In this document: in pieces, positions 21,481-31,228 of the stretch
Position numbering within the stretch: the first letter of the stretch is position 1
Layout of the letters: every line of letters starts with the position of its first letter
From: an uncultured cyanobacterium
GTDB taxonomy: Bacteria; Cyanobacteriota; Cyanobacteriia; Cyanobacteriales; Nostocaceae
NCBI GenBank assembly: GCA_963740315.1
Contig: CAVUDP010000002.1
Coordinates: forward strand, 768,001 to 832,000
Reading direction: 5' to 3'
DNA length: 64,000 bases
Notes under the pieces: model-generated
Databases searched by the model: none
What the model was told of the DNA's origin: nothing
Seen by the model: the letters and a program-made list of their open reading frames with translations, nothing else
Translations under genes and position numbers: made by a program

Positions 21481-24081
21481 ATGTCACAGAAAAAGAAATT
21501 TGTCAAAAAGCAGGGACAAGTCTATCGTTCCTTGGTTGCATCTGCATTGATTGTCAATGGTGTATTTCAGTTTGTTGCTCCTGTATTAGCTCAAACAGCA
21601 GCAGGCGGGGAGATTAAGAACAGAGCTACAGCAACCTACGAAGATCCCACAAATCCGGGAACAACAATCAATACCACATCCAACGAAGTAATTGTACAAG
21701 TTGCGGAAGTAGCAGGTATCACTGTTACAGGTGCTGGTACTACATTGAAGACGGATGCTGATAGCGATAATACTCCCGATGCTGGCGATGAAGTTTACTT
21801 TAACTACACCGTTACTAACGTTGGTAATGACCCTACACAGTTCAGAATACCAAACTTAGCAAGTACAACAGGTCCAGCTACGGTTTCTGGCAGTTTGGAA
21901 TATAGTACTAATGGTGGTACTACTTGGACACCAATCGATGGCGGTGCAACACCAGGAGCAACTGAAGCTATCATTCCTGGGATTCCAGTTGGCGGTACTG
22001 TACAAGTTCGCGTTCCCGTTACAGTGGCAGCTGGTGCTCAAGAGAACGACACTATCACCGTTAAGTTGGGTGATACTCCAGGTGATGGGCAAAACCAGCC
22101 ACGTAATCCAGATGGTGGTGACGTTTACACCGTGGATAACCCCGATGATAGTGTAGCTGGTGAAGTAGATGGCGATCCTGTTAACGGTACTCGTGAAGCT
22201 AGTGCTAGTCAACAAATTCAAGTCGATGCAACCTTGAAAACCTATGCATTAGCAAAGGTACTCAAAAAACGTAGTGAATACAGTAATTCGGGAACTCCAA
22301 CTATTATTACTGATGATACTTTAACCTACGACCTCAGTTTAGAAGTTGAGCAAAATGACTCTACTAACAGTGGAATTACTCCCGCACCGTTAGTTGGAAG
22401 AAATATTACCCTTGATGGTACCTCTCAACCACGTATCTTAGTTTCCGATGCAATTCCACTTGGTACAGACTTGGCTGGCGTGCCTGCTGCACCTCCTGGT
22501 TGGGAAGTAGTTTACACCATAGATCCGACCGCAACAAATGCCAATGTAGCGAATTGGACTACAACAGCCCCGACTGATTTAGCAAGCGTAACCCGTATTG
22601 GTTTTGTTAACAATCCCAATGTAATCACTTCTGTAAACCCAGGTCAAACGGTAACTGGTTTCAAGATTAATCTTACTGTTGAGGCGGGTTCTACTGCTCC
22701 GTTAACTGTCAACAATATCGCTCAGTTATTCGGTTCGTCTCCTGATAACGATAACGACCCCACCAACAATCCTCCAGTATATGATGAATCTGGAGACCAA
22801 AACCCCAGTAACTTTAACGATGATGGTACACCACTAGCAGGAACAGATACTCCAGGTCCTGATAATACTCCAGGTGATGGTATTCCTGACACATTACCTG
22901 AGAATGTGGTTGATGATGGTTTCATTGACGATGATACTGATGCAACCGCGACTGGAATTGACACTGGAAACAATAACAGCGCTATAGACCGTGAAGGTAC
23001 TGATGGTGGTGAACTGAACCAGTTTGTCATCGATCCAACTGCAAATGCACTAGTGAATGGACCTGAAGGTAGTCCAGATGCCATTGGTCCTACGGATAAT
23101 AACGATGACTTCACCAACAAGTCTTCCTTAGTACCTCCTGGTCAAACTCCAGATAAAATAGACCCAGACACTGGAGCGCCAGACCCAACTACTATTGACC
23201 CAGCACCCGTACCTTTCACGAATACCGTTTCCAATGGTGGTGGTGCCCCAGCTGATATTTCACTGGTTCCCACCCCGCCTGCTACTCCTAGTGATTTACC
23301 TACTGGTACTACAGTAACTGTTAGTTATAATTCTGATTCTGTAGTTTACACCTGGAATGGTACCAACTTTAATCCCCCCGCCGGTACTCCTCCTATCGTC
23401 ATTTCTGGCGTACAACCCGGTCAAGAAGTCAACTATGGTGTTGAAGTCAATTTACCAAGTGATACACGTCTATCTACTGACTTGAACGACCCCACAGATC
23501 CCAACTCTGCAATCGGTGGTTTCCCAGTTCCGATCACTGCCTTTATTGACGATGGAACTCCAGGTTTCCAAGGTACAGAAGTTAACAATATCACTATTGA
23601 CCGGGTATACACTGGCTACTTAAGACTGGACAAAGAGTCTAGAATCCTCAAAGGAGATGGACCAGACGTATTAGCTGGTCAGGATGTGTTCAGTAAAGAT
23701 AACAAGCAGCCTTCGGAAGGTAACTTGATTGAATACCGAATTACTTACAGAAATATCTCTGATGCTCAAGCTGGAGATGGTAACGTTACTTTAGATGCCG
23801 ATAATGTGGTAATCGAAGACGATGGAACCCTCGGTGATAACAACTGGGCAAAAGACAATGATGGCGATAACATTATTGACACCAGTAACGTAGTTGGTTC
23901 TGCTCAAGATTCTGATAATGGAAATATTCTATTCTTCAGCGGCGATCCAGCAACAACCACCGCACAAGATCAAACAGGTACAGATGCTAATAGTGATGTT
24001 ACTAAGTATGTAGACGAAGTGACGGGAAGTGTTGAACCTGGTGCGTCAGGAAACTTCACCTTCCAACGTAAGGTTAACTAA
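21481..24081 (+). CDS. Secreted multi-DUF11/Ig-like protein; candidate major fibre (pilin) subunit
   Basis: Signal peptide ending APVLA; DUF11-like motifs (GDEVYFNYTVTNVGN, DTLTYDLSL, GNLIEYRITYRN); very acidic and T/G/D/P-rich. Confidence 0.8.
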   Translation: MSQKKKFVKKQGQVYRSLVASALIVNGVFQFVAPVLAQTAAGGEIKNRATATYEDPTNPGTTINTTSNEVIVQVAEVAGITVTGAGTTLKTDADSDNTPDAGDEVYFNYTVTNVGNDPTQFRIPNLASTTGPATVSGSLEYSTNGGTTWTPIDGGATPGATEAIIPGIPVGGTVQVRVPVTVAAGAQENDTITVKLGDTPGDGQNQPRNPDGGDVYTVDNPDDSVAGEVDGDPVNGTREASASQQIQVDATLKTYALAKVLKKRSEYSNSGTPTIITDDTLTYDLSLEVEQNDSTNSGITPAPLVGRNITLDGTSQPRILVSDAIPLGTDLAGVPAAPPGWEVVYTIDPTATNANVANWTTTAPTDLASVTRIGFVNNPNVITSVNPGQTVTGFKINLTVEAGSTAPLTVNNIAQLFGSSPDNDNDPTNNPPVYDESGDQNPSNFNDDGTPLAGTDTPGPDNTPGDGIPDTLPENVVDDGFIDDDTDATATGIDTGNNNSAIDREGTDGGELNQFVIDPTANALVNGPEGSPDAIGPTDNNDDFTNKSSLVPPGQTPDKIDPDTGAPDPTTIDPAPVPFTNTVSNGGGAPADISLVPTPPATPSDLPTGTTVTVSYNSDSVVYTWNGTNFNPPAGTPPIVISGVQPGQEVNYGVEVNLPSDTRLSTDLNDPTDPNSAIGGFPVPITAFIDDGTPGFQGTEVNNITIDRVYTGYLRLDKESRILKGDGPDVLAGQDVFSKDNKQPSEGNLIEYRITYRNISDAQAGDGNVTLDADNVVIEDDGTLGDNNWAKDNDGDNIIDTSNVVGSAQDSDNGNILFFSGDPATTTAQDQTGTDANSDVTKYVDEVTGSVEPGASGNFTFQRKVN

Positions 24082-24096
24082 ATAAATGTTCGATGG

Positions 24097-24124
24097 TAGG
24101 GATGTTTGATTGCAACATCTCTAC
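24097..24124. repeat. GTAG-type REP hairpin just after the first fibre gene; relatives at about 8600, 12558, 24942, 33518, 36646, 45521, 46553, 50412
   Basis: GTAGGGATGTT...AACATCTCTAC; family consensus GTAGAGACG-N-CGTCTCTAC. Confidence 0.65.
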
Positions 24125-24340
24125 TAATATCAAGTCCGCTTCATTACCCTTAATGCCGGTGAGAAAAGGACTGCAATGATAACTAACATTTAGACTTGAT
24201 TGGGACTTATGCTTTGCCCACAGACGGCTCCTGGGTTGGGGGAATAGATAGGTAGTAAATACTTAATTTTTCCTGCCCGTTGCGTAAGTCCTATTGGTAT
24301 AAATAGTTAAATTTCCTAAAACGTTAATTTAGAAGAGGTA

Positions 24341-24919
24341 TTGATAATGAAAATAAAGCATGGCTCGTTTGTAGGTTTAGGCGCTCTAGCGATAGTAGCA
24401 ACTATTTCCTTTAGCAGTGCAATTCCTGCTGTCACGAATGTATTTAGTGGTGGAATTGCAAACGCGCAAAATGCCAAGAAAGGACAAGTAGAGTTACGCT
24501 TAAAAGCTGAAAAGAAAATTGTACGGCAAGTTGAAGGTAAGTCAAAAGTAACCTGGAAAGAAATAAAAAATGGCGGTACAGTCTATCCAGGAGAAGTACT
24601 GCGCTACTCAATAAAAGGCGCAAATAATGGTGAGAAAGCTGTTAATAATCTCGCTATTAATCAATTGATTCCTAAAGGAATGATTTATGTACTCAACTCT
24701 GCAACAGTAAATCAAAACACTGGCGCACAAATTACATATAGCATTAACGGTGGTAAAACTTATGTTCAAAATCCCACCGTTCAAGTTAAATTAGCTGACG
24801 GTACAGTCGAAAATCGCCCCGCACCGGATAGTGCTTATACTCACGTGCGTTGGAATTTCGGTAAATCTGTTCCTGGTAAAGCAGATGTTAATGGCACTTA
24901 TCAGGTAAGAGTACGTTAA
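24341..24919 (+). CDS. Secreted single DUF11-like domain protein (chaperone candidate)
   Basis: Signal peptide; VYPGEVLRYSIKGANNG, IPKGMIYV, THVRWNF, ends YQVRVR; basic composition. Confidence 0.8.
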   Translation: MIMKIKHGSFVGLGALAIVATISFSSAIPAVTNVFSGGIANAQNAKKGQVELRLKAEKKIVRQVEGKSKVTWKEIKNGGTVYPGEVLRYSIKGANNGEKAVNNLAINQLIPKGMIYVLNSATVNQNTGAQITYSINGGKTYVQNPTVQVKLADGTVENRPAPDSAYTHVRWNFGKSVPGKADVNGTYQVRVR

Positions 24920-25042
24920 AGCGATTTTAAATTTTATATTTTAGAGACGTGGTATTACTACGTCTCCATATAATAAATTTGACAGTTGAGAAATTATCAA
25001 GACGCAAACAATCTTGTTATTAATTATATTTAGGAGAAATTC

Positions 25043-26596
25043 GTGCGCCGCCAAAAGAAGCGATACCAGATTTATGGTAGTAGCTGGGTTAAACGCATAG
25101 CGGCTACCTTTTTAGCAGGAACTGTTGTTCAGGGTTCCATCTCTGCATTTGCTCAAGAAGTTCAGCGTCCAGTGATTAGCAACCAGGCTGCATTAAGTTA
25201 TAAAAATAGAGCGAGTAATCAAAATTTTGAGGGAGTTACCAGTCAGTTAAAAATTAATACTATTGCTAATGATACTCCGGATGCAGGATTAATTGACCCG
25301 TTTGGACAAATTTTGGGTTGTAATGGAAAGGAATTAGATGATTACACGGGCTTTACTTCTAGTTTATTTGAACCCGATCCAAACGATCCTACGGGGACGG
25401 AAGTAGGACGACTGATTCAGCTAACTCCTACTGACAATATTCCTAATAACAATATTCCTCAAGGTATTGCACCGAATATCACGAACCTTAACAATTATGC
25501 GATAACAAATAATCCAGTTAACGGTAAGCGAGGGGTTTACAATTTCTTATTCGACACTGGTAGAGGTCAAACTGACGTAGGTAAAACCTATATTCTAGTC
25601 GTCAATCCCCCAGAGAATTCTACTTTCCCCGAACGACGAATAAGGTTAGAAATTCAAAGCGTGAATGGTAATATTCTTACCTATGTTGCTACTTCTCTAG
25701 ATGGTCAGCCAATTACCGCTACAGGTGATAACGCTACTCAAATTTCCGAAACTCAGATTTCCGAACAAATTGTAATTATCAACGATGCGGAAAGAGTGGG
25801 ATTGAGTTTGGCACTGCGATTTAATTTGAATTCGTGTTCTTCCGAACAAATCACAATTACTAAAACTGGCGATCGCGCTACTGCGGAACCTGGCGATACG
25901 GCGGTTTATCGTCTGTCGTTAAGGAATACTGGCGATGCTGGCTTAAATGATGTGGTTGTTACCGACCAATTCCCTCTCGGATTTAAGTTTTTACCGGAAT
26001 CGGTTCGCGGTCAAATTGGGGATGAAGAAGTTGCGGTAACTACGGAAACTAATGGTTCTACCGTTACCTTCCGTACCGATGCAACTATTCCCGAAGATGG
26101 TGTACTTAATATTGCTTATGGCGCAAAACTAACTCCCGATGCGGTAAGGGGTTCGGGACGCAACTCGGCTACTGTTAATGCCGAACGTGTTGATAACGAT
26201 TTTGCTGTCAAAGATGGTCCTGCAACGCATTTGTTACGCATTCGACCCGGTATTACTTCCGATTGCGGTACCATCATCGGTCGCGTATTTGTTGATAAAA
26301 ACTTTGATGGCGAACAGCAAGCAGGGGAACCCGGAGTACCGAATGCAGTAATCTTCCTGGAAAACGGCAACCGTATAACTACTGACCCAGAAGGTTTATA
26401 TTCAGTCAAAAATGTATTACCCGGTAAACATACAGGCGTTCTGGATTTACAGAGCATACCTGATTATACCTTGGCTCCCAACGTCAAATTTAAAGAACGC
26501 AACAGTCAATCACGGCTTGTAAATTTAGAACCCGGTGGAATGGTGAGAATGAACTTCGCAGTCACTCCGAACTTTGGGGAGGAGGCAAAGAAATGA
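25043..26596 (+). CDS. Secreted DUF11 plus SdrD-B/Cna-B-like domain protein
   Basis: Signal peptide ending SAFA; ITITKTGDR..AEPGDTAVYRLSLRN..VVVTDQFP; GRVFVDKNFDGEQQAGEPGV; stop overlaps the next start (ATGA). Confidence 0.8.
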   Translation: MRRQKKRYQIYGSSWVKRIAATFLAGTVVQGSISAFAQEVQRPVISNQAALSYKNRASNQNFEGVTSQLKINTIANDTPDAGLIDPFGQILGCNGKELDDYTGFTSSLFEPDPNDPTGTEVGRLIQLTPTDNIPNNNIPQGIAPNITNLNNYAITNNPVNGKRGVYNFLFDTGRGQTDVGKTYILVVNPPENSTFPERRIRLEIQSVNGNILTYVATSLDGQPITATGDNATQISETQISEQIVIINDAERVGLSLALRFNLNSCSSEQITITKTGDRATAEPGDTAVYRLSLRNTGDAGLNDVVVTDQFPLGFKFLPESVRGQIGDEEVAVTTETNGSTVTFRTDATIPEDGVLNIAYGAKLTPDAVRGSGRNSATVNAERVDNDFAVKDGPATHLLRIRPGITSDCGTIIGRVFVDKNFDGEQQAGEPGVPNAVIFLENGNRITTDPEGLYSVKNVLPGKHTGVLDLQSIPDYTLAPNVKFKERNSQSRLVNLEPGGMVRMNFAVTPNFGEEAKK

Positions 26597-29500
26597 GACA
26601 ATTAAGCGGTGCAGGTATTTTCAACTTTAAATTAATAGGCGCGATCGCAGGAACTATAGGTGTGGTATTACACCCACTTGTAGCAAGAGCCGATACCGAT
26701 AACTCAACACATAGCGATCGCCAGCAGAAATCTTCAAAAGCATCTATAGGTACGAGTCAAAGCAGTAGAAAATATCATCGCTCAAAACAACTTGTAGAAG
26801 CGCTCGAAGTAATAAATAATAATAAAAACCAAAATAAAAATGTAATTGCTTTAAACAAAAAAGATACTAATACAAATTTGCCTGCTAGTTTACAAAAGTT
26901 AGTAGACGAGCGGAATTATGCCGCTGAGTATATCTTAACTGCTTTAAAAACTGAAGATACTAATACTAATTTACCCGCTAGTTTACAGAAATTAGTAGAC
27001 GAGCGAAATAATGCAGCAGAAAATACGCTGATTGCTTTAAAACCTGCTGAAGTAACAGATAACATATCTTTAGTACAAAAAATAAAATATTCACGCAACC
27101 AGGTAATAGATTCACAACCAGAATTGATTAATGTAGAGACGCAATATATTGCATCTGTTGCGTCTGTTGCGTCTATAGTTGAACCCAAAACAATAAATAT
27201 TGAAGAAGCACCATATACTGTATCTTTACAAAATAGATTATTGCCAATCGATACATCGGAGCAATTCTTTAGCAGTCGAGAACAAATTAATTCCCCAGAA
27301 AATTATCTACTAGCTTTAGAACCTTTCCTTAACGAACAAAAGCCTGTAGAATCACAAATTGAAAATCCATCAGAAAAAACAATTGATTCGACATTAGTTG
27401 CAATCAACGTATTTGAGTCAATATCCTTCGATAAACCAGCATCATACATACCAATAATTGCTAAGAATTGGACAACAGATAACCTTACCAATAAAACCTA
27501 TAGTTTTACATCATTAGTTGCTATAAAACCTTCATTTTTAACGGATAATTCCGATCGCAATTCGTCACAGATGAAACTAGCAGCAATATATAACTCATTT
27601 ACTGGAGATAACCGCAACCAAGATCCGAATAATAATCTTTTGGCAGCTTATTCTAATCCCTTTGCATTACCCAACCCCGAATTAAACCCTAATTTAGCAC
27701 CAAATTCTACTCAGTATATTTCCCAATTTCCTCAAGATGCTAACAATTCTGCAACGGTAAAAATCCTCTCACCTACTCCCGATGCGGTTGTAGATGTGGC
27801 TGCGACTCCAATTATCGTCCAGTTTCCGGTGGGAAATGAAGTAGAATTAAGGGTTAATGGCGATTTATCGGATCGATCTTTAATTGGACGAACTGAAACT
27901 GATTCCGAAACCGATTTGGTAACGCAGACATGGTATGGTGTTTCTCTACAAAATGGGGAAAACATCATTTCGGCACAGGTTATCGGTTCTAAAGAGCCTG
28001 CCGCTACCATAAAGGTAATGGTAAGAGGTGGAGCGGATAAATTAAAAATAGATACCGTAGAATCGCGGATTCCTGCCGATGGGCTTTCTACTGCGACAAT
28101 TAAAGGTACATTGCTCGACGAAAACGGCAACCGTTCCAATCACGATGCTGTTGTTACCTTGGCAACTACAGCCGGGGAATTTGTCGAACCCGATTTTAAA
28201 CCGGGGCAGCCGGGATTCCAGGTACAGGCAAAGTCGGGACAATTTACCGCTACTCTCAAATCTGGATTAGATGCCAAAACTGTGCGAATTAAGGCGAAAG
28301 CTGGAAAGTTAGAAGATTTTACTCAACTACAATTCCAAACTGCTTTGCGTCCAAGTTTGATGACTGGTGTGATCGATTTCCGATTGGGTGCTAGAGGTAC
28401 TGACTTTTATAGTAGATTTAAAGATTTCTTACCTGAAGACGAAGACAACGATACTGAAGTAAAATTCCGTTCGGCTGTATTTGCAACTGGTGCAATTGGT
28501 GAATGGTTGGTAACTGGTGCTTATGATAGCAGTCGTTCTTTAAATGAAGATTGTAATTGCGATAATCGGTTATTTGGCAGCTATCAATTCAGCGAGCAGA
28601 ATTACCCAGTTTATGGGGATAGTTCTTCAGTTAATCAAACTACTCCATCTACCGACAGCGTATATTTACGGTTGGAGCGTTCGTCTCGCACTCTGGGAGC
28701 CGATCCCGATTATGCAATGTGGGGAGATTACAACACTGAAGAATTTTCTCGTTCTTCACAACAGTTTACTTCCTTAACTCGTCAGCTACACGGTTTTAAA
28801 GCTAATTACAACATTGGAAATCTTCAAGCTACGGCTTTCTACGGAAATAATATAGAAGGTTTTCAACGCGATATCTTACCCCCTGACGGAACTAGCGGTT
28901 TTTACTTTGTTTCCCGTAGATTACTGGTACCTGGTAGTGAAAGTGTCTTTATTGAATTAGAAGAATTAAATCGTCCCGGTACTGTATTGCAGCGCGAACG
29001 GTTGAGTAGGGGGCCAGATTATGAGATTGATTACGATAGAGGAACGGTTTTATTCCGCGAACCAATTTTACGCACGGATGTAAACGAATTTGGTGAAGTT
29101 TTAGTACGTCGTATTGTCGTTACCTATCAATATGAAGGTGAAGGAGGAAACGATACTGATATTTACGCGGGAAGATTGCAATATAATTTTTCTCGCGGTG
29201 TTAATAATGATAGTTGGTTAGCTACTACTTACCTCCAGGAAAATCAAGGCGATCGCGATTTTGAATTGTACGGTGCAGATGCTCAATTTACTTTTGGTAA
29301 AGTCGGCAAATTGATTGCTGAATTCGCTCGCAGCCGCAATGATTCCAACGAGATGGGCATGGTAGAAGGTGATGCTATCAGAGCGGAAGCTGAAGCCGAA
29401 TTTTTCAAGGGTTTACGAACTCGCGCTTATTACCGTTTCGCGGATACCGGATTTGCAAATAATGCCACTATCAGTTTTGTACCCGGACAAACTCGTTACG

Positions 29501-31218
29501 GGGCACAGGTTAACGGCAGAGTTACCAATACTACCAATTTACGCTTTCAATACGATCATGAAGACAACTTTGGTGTCGCACCCCAACGTATAGATACTTT
29601 TGAAGAGTTCTTTTCACCTTTGAGAACAACCCTTCCCGGTAATGAAGTTGATAACTCTTTAACTACAATTTCTGCGGGAGTTGTACAGCGAATTGGTAAA
29701 GCGAATTTATCCGTAGACTGGATTAAGCGGGAGCGGGAAGATAGAATATCACCCGAAACTTTAAATACAGATTCGAGTCAATTGCGTTCCCGTCTTAACG
29801 TTCCCATTGCCAAAAAACTTTCTTTCCTAGCCCAAAACGAAACCACAATATCCGACAATACCGACGCAGTTTTCCCAGATAGAACTATTGTCGGGTTGAA
29901 TTGGCAAGCGATTCCGGGAATTAACCTTTCGCTAACGCAACAGTTTTACACTCAGGGACAATTTGACGGTAATTCCATCACCAGTTTCAACGTTAACGGC
30001 GAACATAAATTTGGTGAAGATACCTCAGTTACCGGACGTTTCTCTCTATTAGGTGGTGCTGACAGAGTTACTACTCAAGGGGCTTTGGGTTTAAAACAGG
30101 GTTTAACTATAGCTCCCGGATTGCGGTTGAGTTTAGCTTACGAACACGTTTTCGGCGACTTCTTCGGTCGTAACGGTGCCGGGGTACAATTCGCACAACC
30201 CTTTGCGATCGGTTCGAGTACTGCGGCGTTAGGTTTCTCTTCTGGGGATAGCTACAGCGTCGGCTTGGAATACACAGATAATCCGGATTTCAAAGCCAGC
30301 GCTCGTTTTGAGCATAGAAGTTCTTCCAGCGGTAACAATACCGTAATTTCCGCAGGTGCTACGGGTAAAATTTCATCTTCTCTTACAGCTTTAGCACGCT
30401 ATCAACAAGCGGGTTCGAGCAATCAAACTTTACAAGCATTAGGAGACACGGCAAATTTAAGAGTCGGTTTAGCATATCGCAATCCTAAAAACGATAAATT
30501 CAACGCCTTAATGCGCTACGAATATCGGAAAAATCCCTCAACGATTCCCGAAACTATCTTATTCGGAAGTGGTTCTGGTGCCCAAGACCATACTTTTGCA
30601 ATAGAAACTATTTACGCACCGAATTGGCAATGGGAATTTTACGGTAAATACGCTTTACGCAACAGCACCACCTATTTAGCCAACGATTTCTCATCCAGCA
30701 ATACCACAAACTTGGGACAGCTTCGCGCCACTTATCGTTTGGGATACAGTTGGGATTTAGTCGGGGAAGCTAGAGTAATTACTCAATCTGACTATACCGA
30801 AACCGGCTTTGTTGTCGAAGCAGGTTATTACCTAACACCGAATTTAAGAATAGCTGGGGGTTACGCCTTTGGTGAAATAGACGATCGCGATTTTGATGGA
30901 AGTCGTTCCGCAAGCGGTCCCTACTTGGGTGTGACGATGAAACTCAACGAGTTATTCAGCGGTTTTGGTTTGCAGAAAAAAGTACCTCGTCAAAGAATAG
31001 AAGCGCGACAATCTTTGTTGAATAAACTCAAAGTTGAGAAGAAAACAGAAAACCTAACCGAACAGTCTTCCCTACAAGGAAATGGGGAGAATTCAAGTCT
31101 TCTAAATAGTGGGAAAAATTCCTTAGAAAAATTAGTCGAAAGAATTAAAGTCAGAAATAAATCTCAGAAAGAAGAAAAAACGCTGTTGCAAAGACTGACG
31201 ACAGGGCAGGGGAGATGA
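26593..31218 (+). CDS. Large outer-membrane beta-barrel protein with periplasmic Ig-like domains
   Basis: Signal peptide, low-complexity linker, invasin Big_1-like IPADGLSTATIKGTLLDENG, then roughly 950 aa rich in amphipathic beta-strands ending GPYLGVTMKL. Confidence 0.75.
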   Translation: MRQLSGAGIFNFKLIGAIAGTIGVVLHPLVARADTDNSTHSDRQQKSSKASIGTSQSSRKYHRSKQLVEALEVINNNKNQNKNVIALNKKDTNTNLPASLQKLVDERNYAAEYILTALKTEDTNTNLPASLQKLVDERNNAAENTLIALKPAEVTDNISLVQKIKYSRNQVIDSQPELINVETQYIASVASVASIVEPKTINIEEAPYTVSLQNRLLPIDTSEQFFSSREQINSPENYLLALEPFLNEQKPVESQIENPSEKTIDSTLVAINVFESISFDKPASYIPIIAKNWTTDNLTNKTYSFTSLVAIKPSFLTDNSDRNSSQMKLAAIYNSFTGDNRNQDPNNNLLAAYSNPFALPNPELNPNLAPNSTQYISQFPQDANNSATVKILSPTPDAVVDVAATPIIVQFPVGNEVELRVNGDLSDRSLIGRTETDSETDLVTQTWYGVSLQNGENIISAQVIGSKEPAATIKVMVRGGADKLKIDTVESRIPADGLSTATIKGTLLDENGNRSNHDAVVTLATTAGEFVEPDFKPGQPGFQVQAKSGQFTATLKSGLDAKTVRIKAKAGKLEDFTQLQFQTALRPSLMTGVIDFRLGARGTDFYSRFKDFLPEDEDNDTEVKFRSAVFATGAIGEWLVTGAYDSSRSLNEDCNCDNRLFGSYQFSEQNYPVYGDSSSVNQTTPSTDSVYLRLERSSRTLGADPDYAMWGDYNTEEFSRSSQQFTSLTRQLHGFKANYNIGNLQATAFYGNNIEGFQRDILPPDGTSGFYFVSRRLLVPGSESVFIELEELNRPGTVLQRERLSRGPDYEIDYDRGTVLFREPILRTDVNEFGEVLVRRIVVTYQYEGEGGNDTDIYAGRLQYNFSRGVNNDSWLATTYLQENQGDRDFELYGADAQFTFGKVGKLIAEFARSRNDSNEMGMVEGDAIRAEAEAEFFKGLRTRAYYRFADTGFANNATISFVPGQTRYGAQVNGRVTNTTNLRFQYDHEDNFGVAPQRIDTFEEFFSPLRTTLPGNEVDNSLTTISAGVVQRIGKANLSVDWIKREREDRISPETLNTDSSQLRSRLNVPIAKKLSFLAQNETTISDNTDAVFPDRTIVGLNWQAIPGINLSLTQQFYTQGQFDGNSITSFNVNGEHKFGEDTSVTGRFSLLGGADRVTTQGALGLKQGLTIAPGLRLSLAYEHVFGDFFGRNGAGVQFAQPFAIGSSTAALGFSSGDSYSVGLEYTDNPDFKASARFEHRSSSSGNNTVISAGATGKISSSLTALARYQQAGSSNQTLQALGDTANLRVGLAYRNPKNDKFNALMRYEYRKNPSTIPETILFGSGSGAQDHTFAIETIYAPNWQWEFYGKYALRNSTTYLANDFSSSNTTNLGQLRATYRLGYSWDLVGEARVITQSDYTETGFVVEAGYYLTPNLRIAGGYAFGEIDDRDFDGSRSASGPYLGVTMKLNELFSGFGLQKKVPRQRIEARQSLLNKLKVEKKTENLTEQSSLQGNGENSSLLNSGKNSLEKLVERIKVRNKSQKEEKTLLQRLTTGQGR

Positions 31219-31228
31219 ATAAAGATAT

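Noticed and set aside
26593..31218. Calling the barrel a TonB-dependent receptor or a classical PapC usher
   Set aside because: No TonB box or plug signature, no terminal aromatic residue and no recognisable PapC motifs
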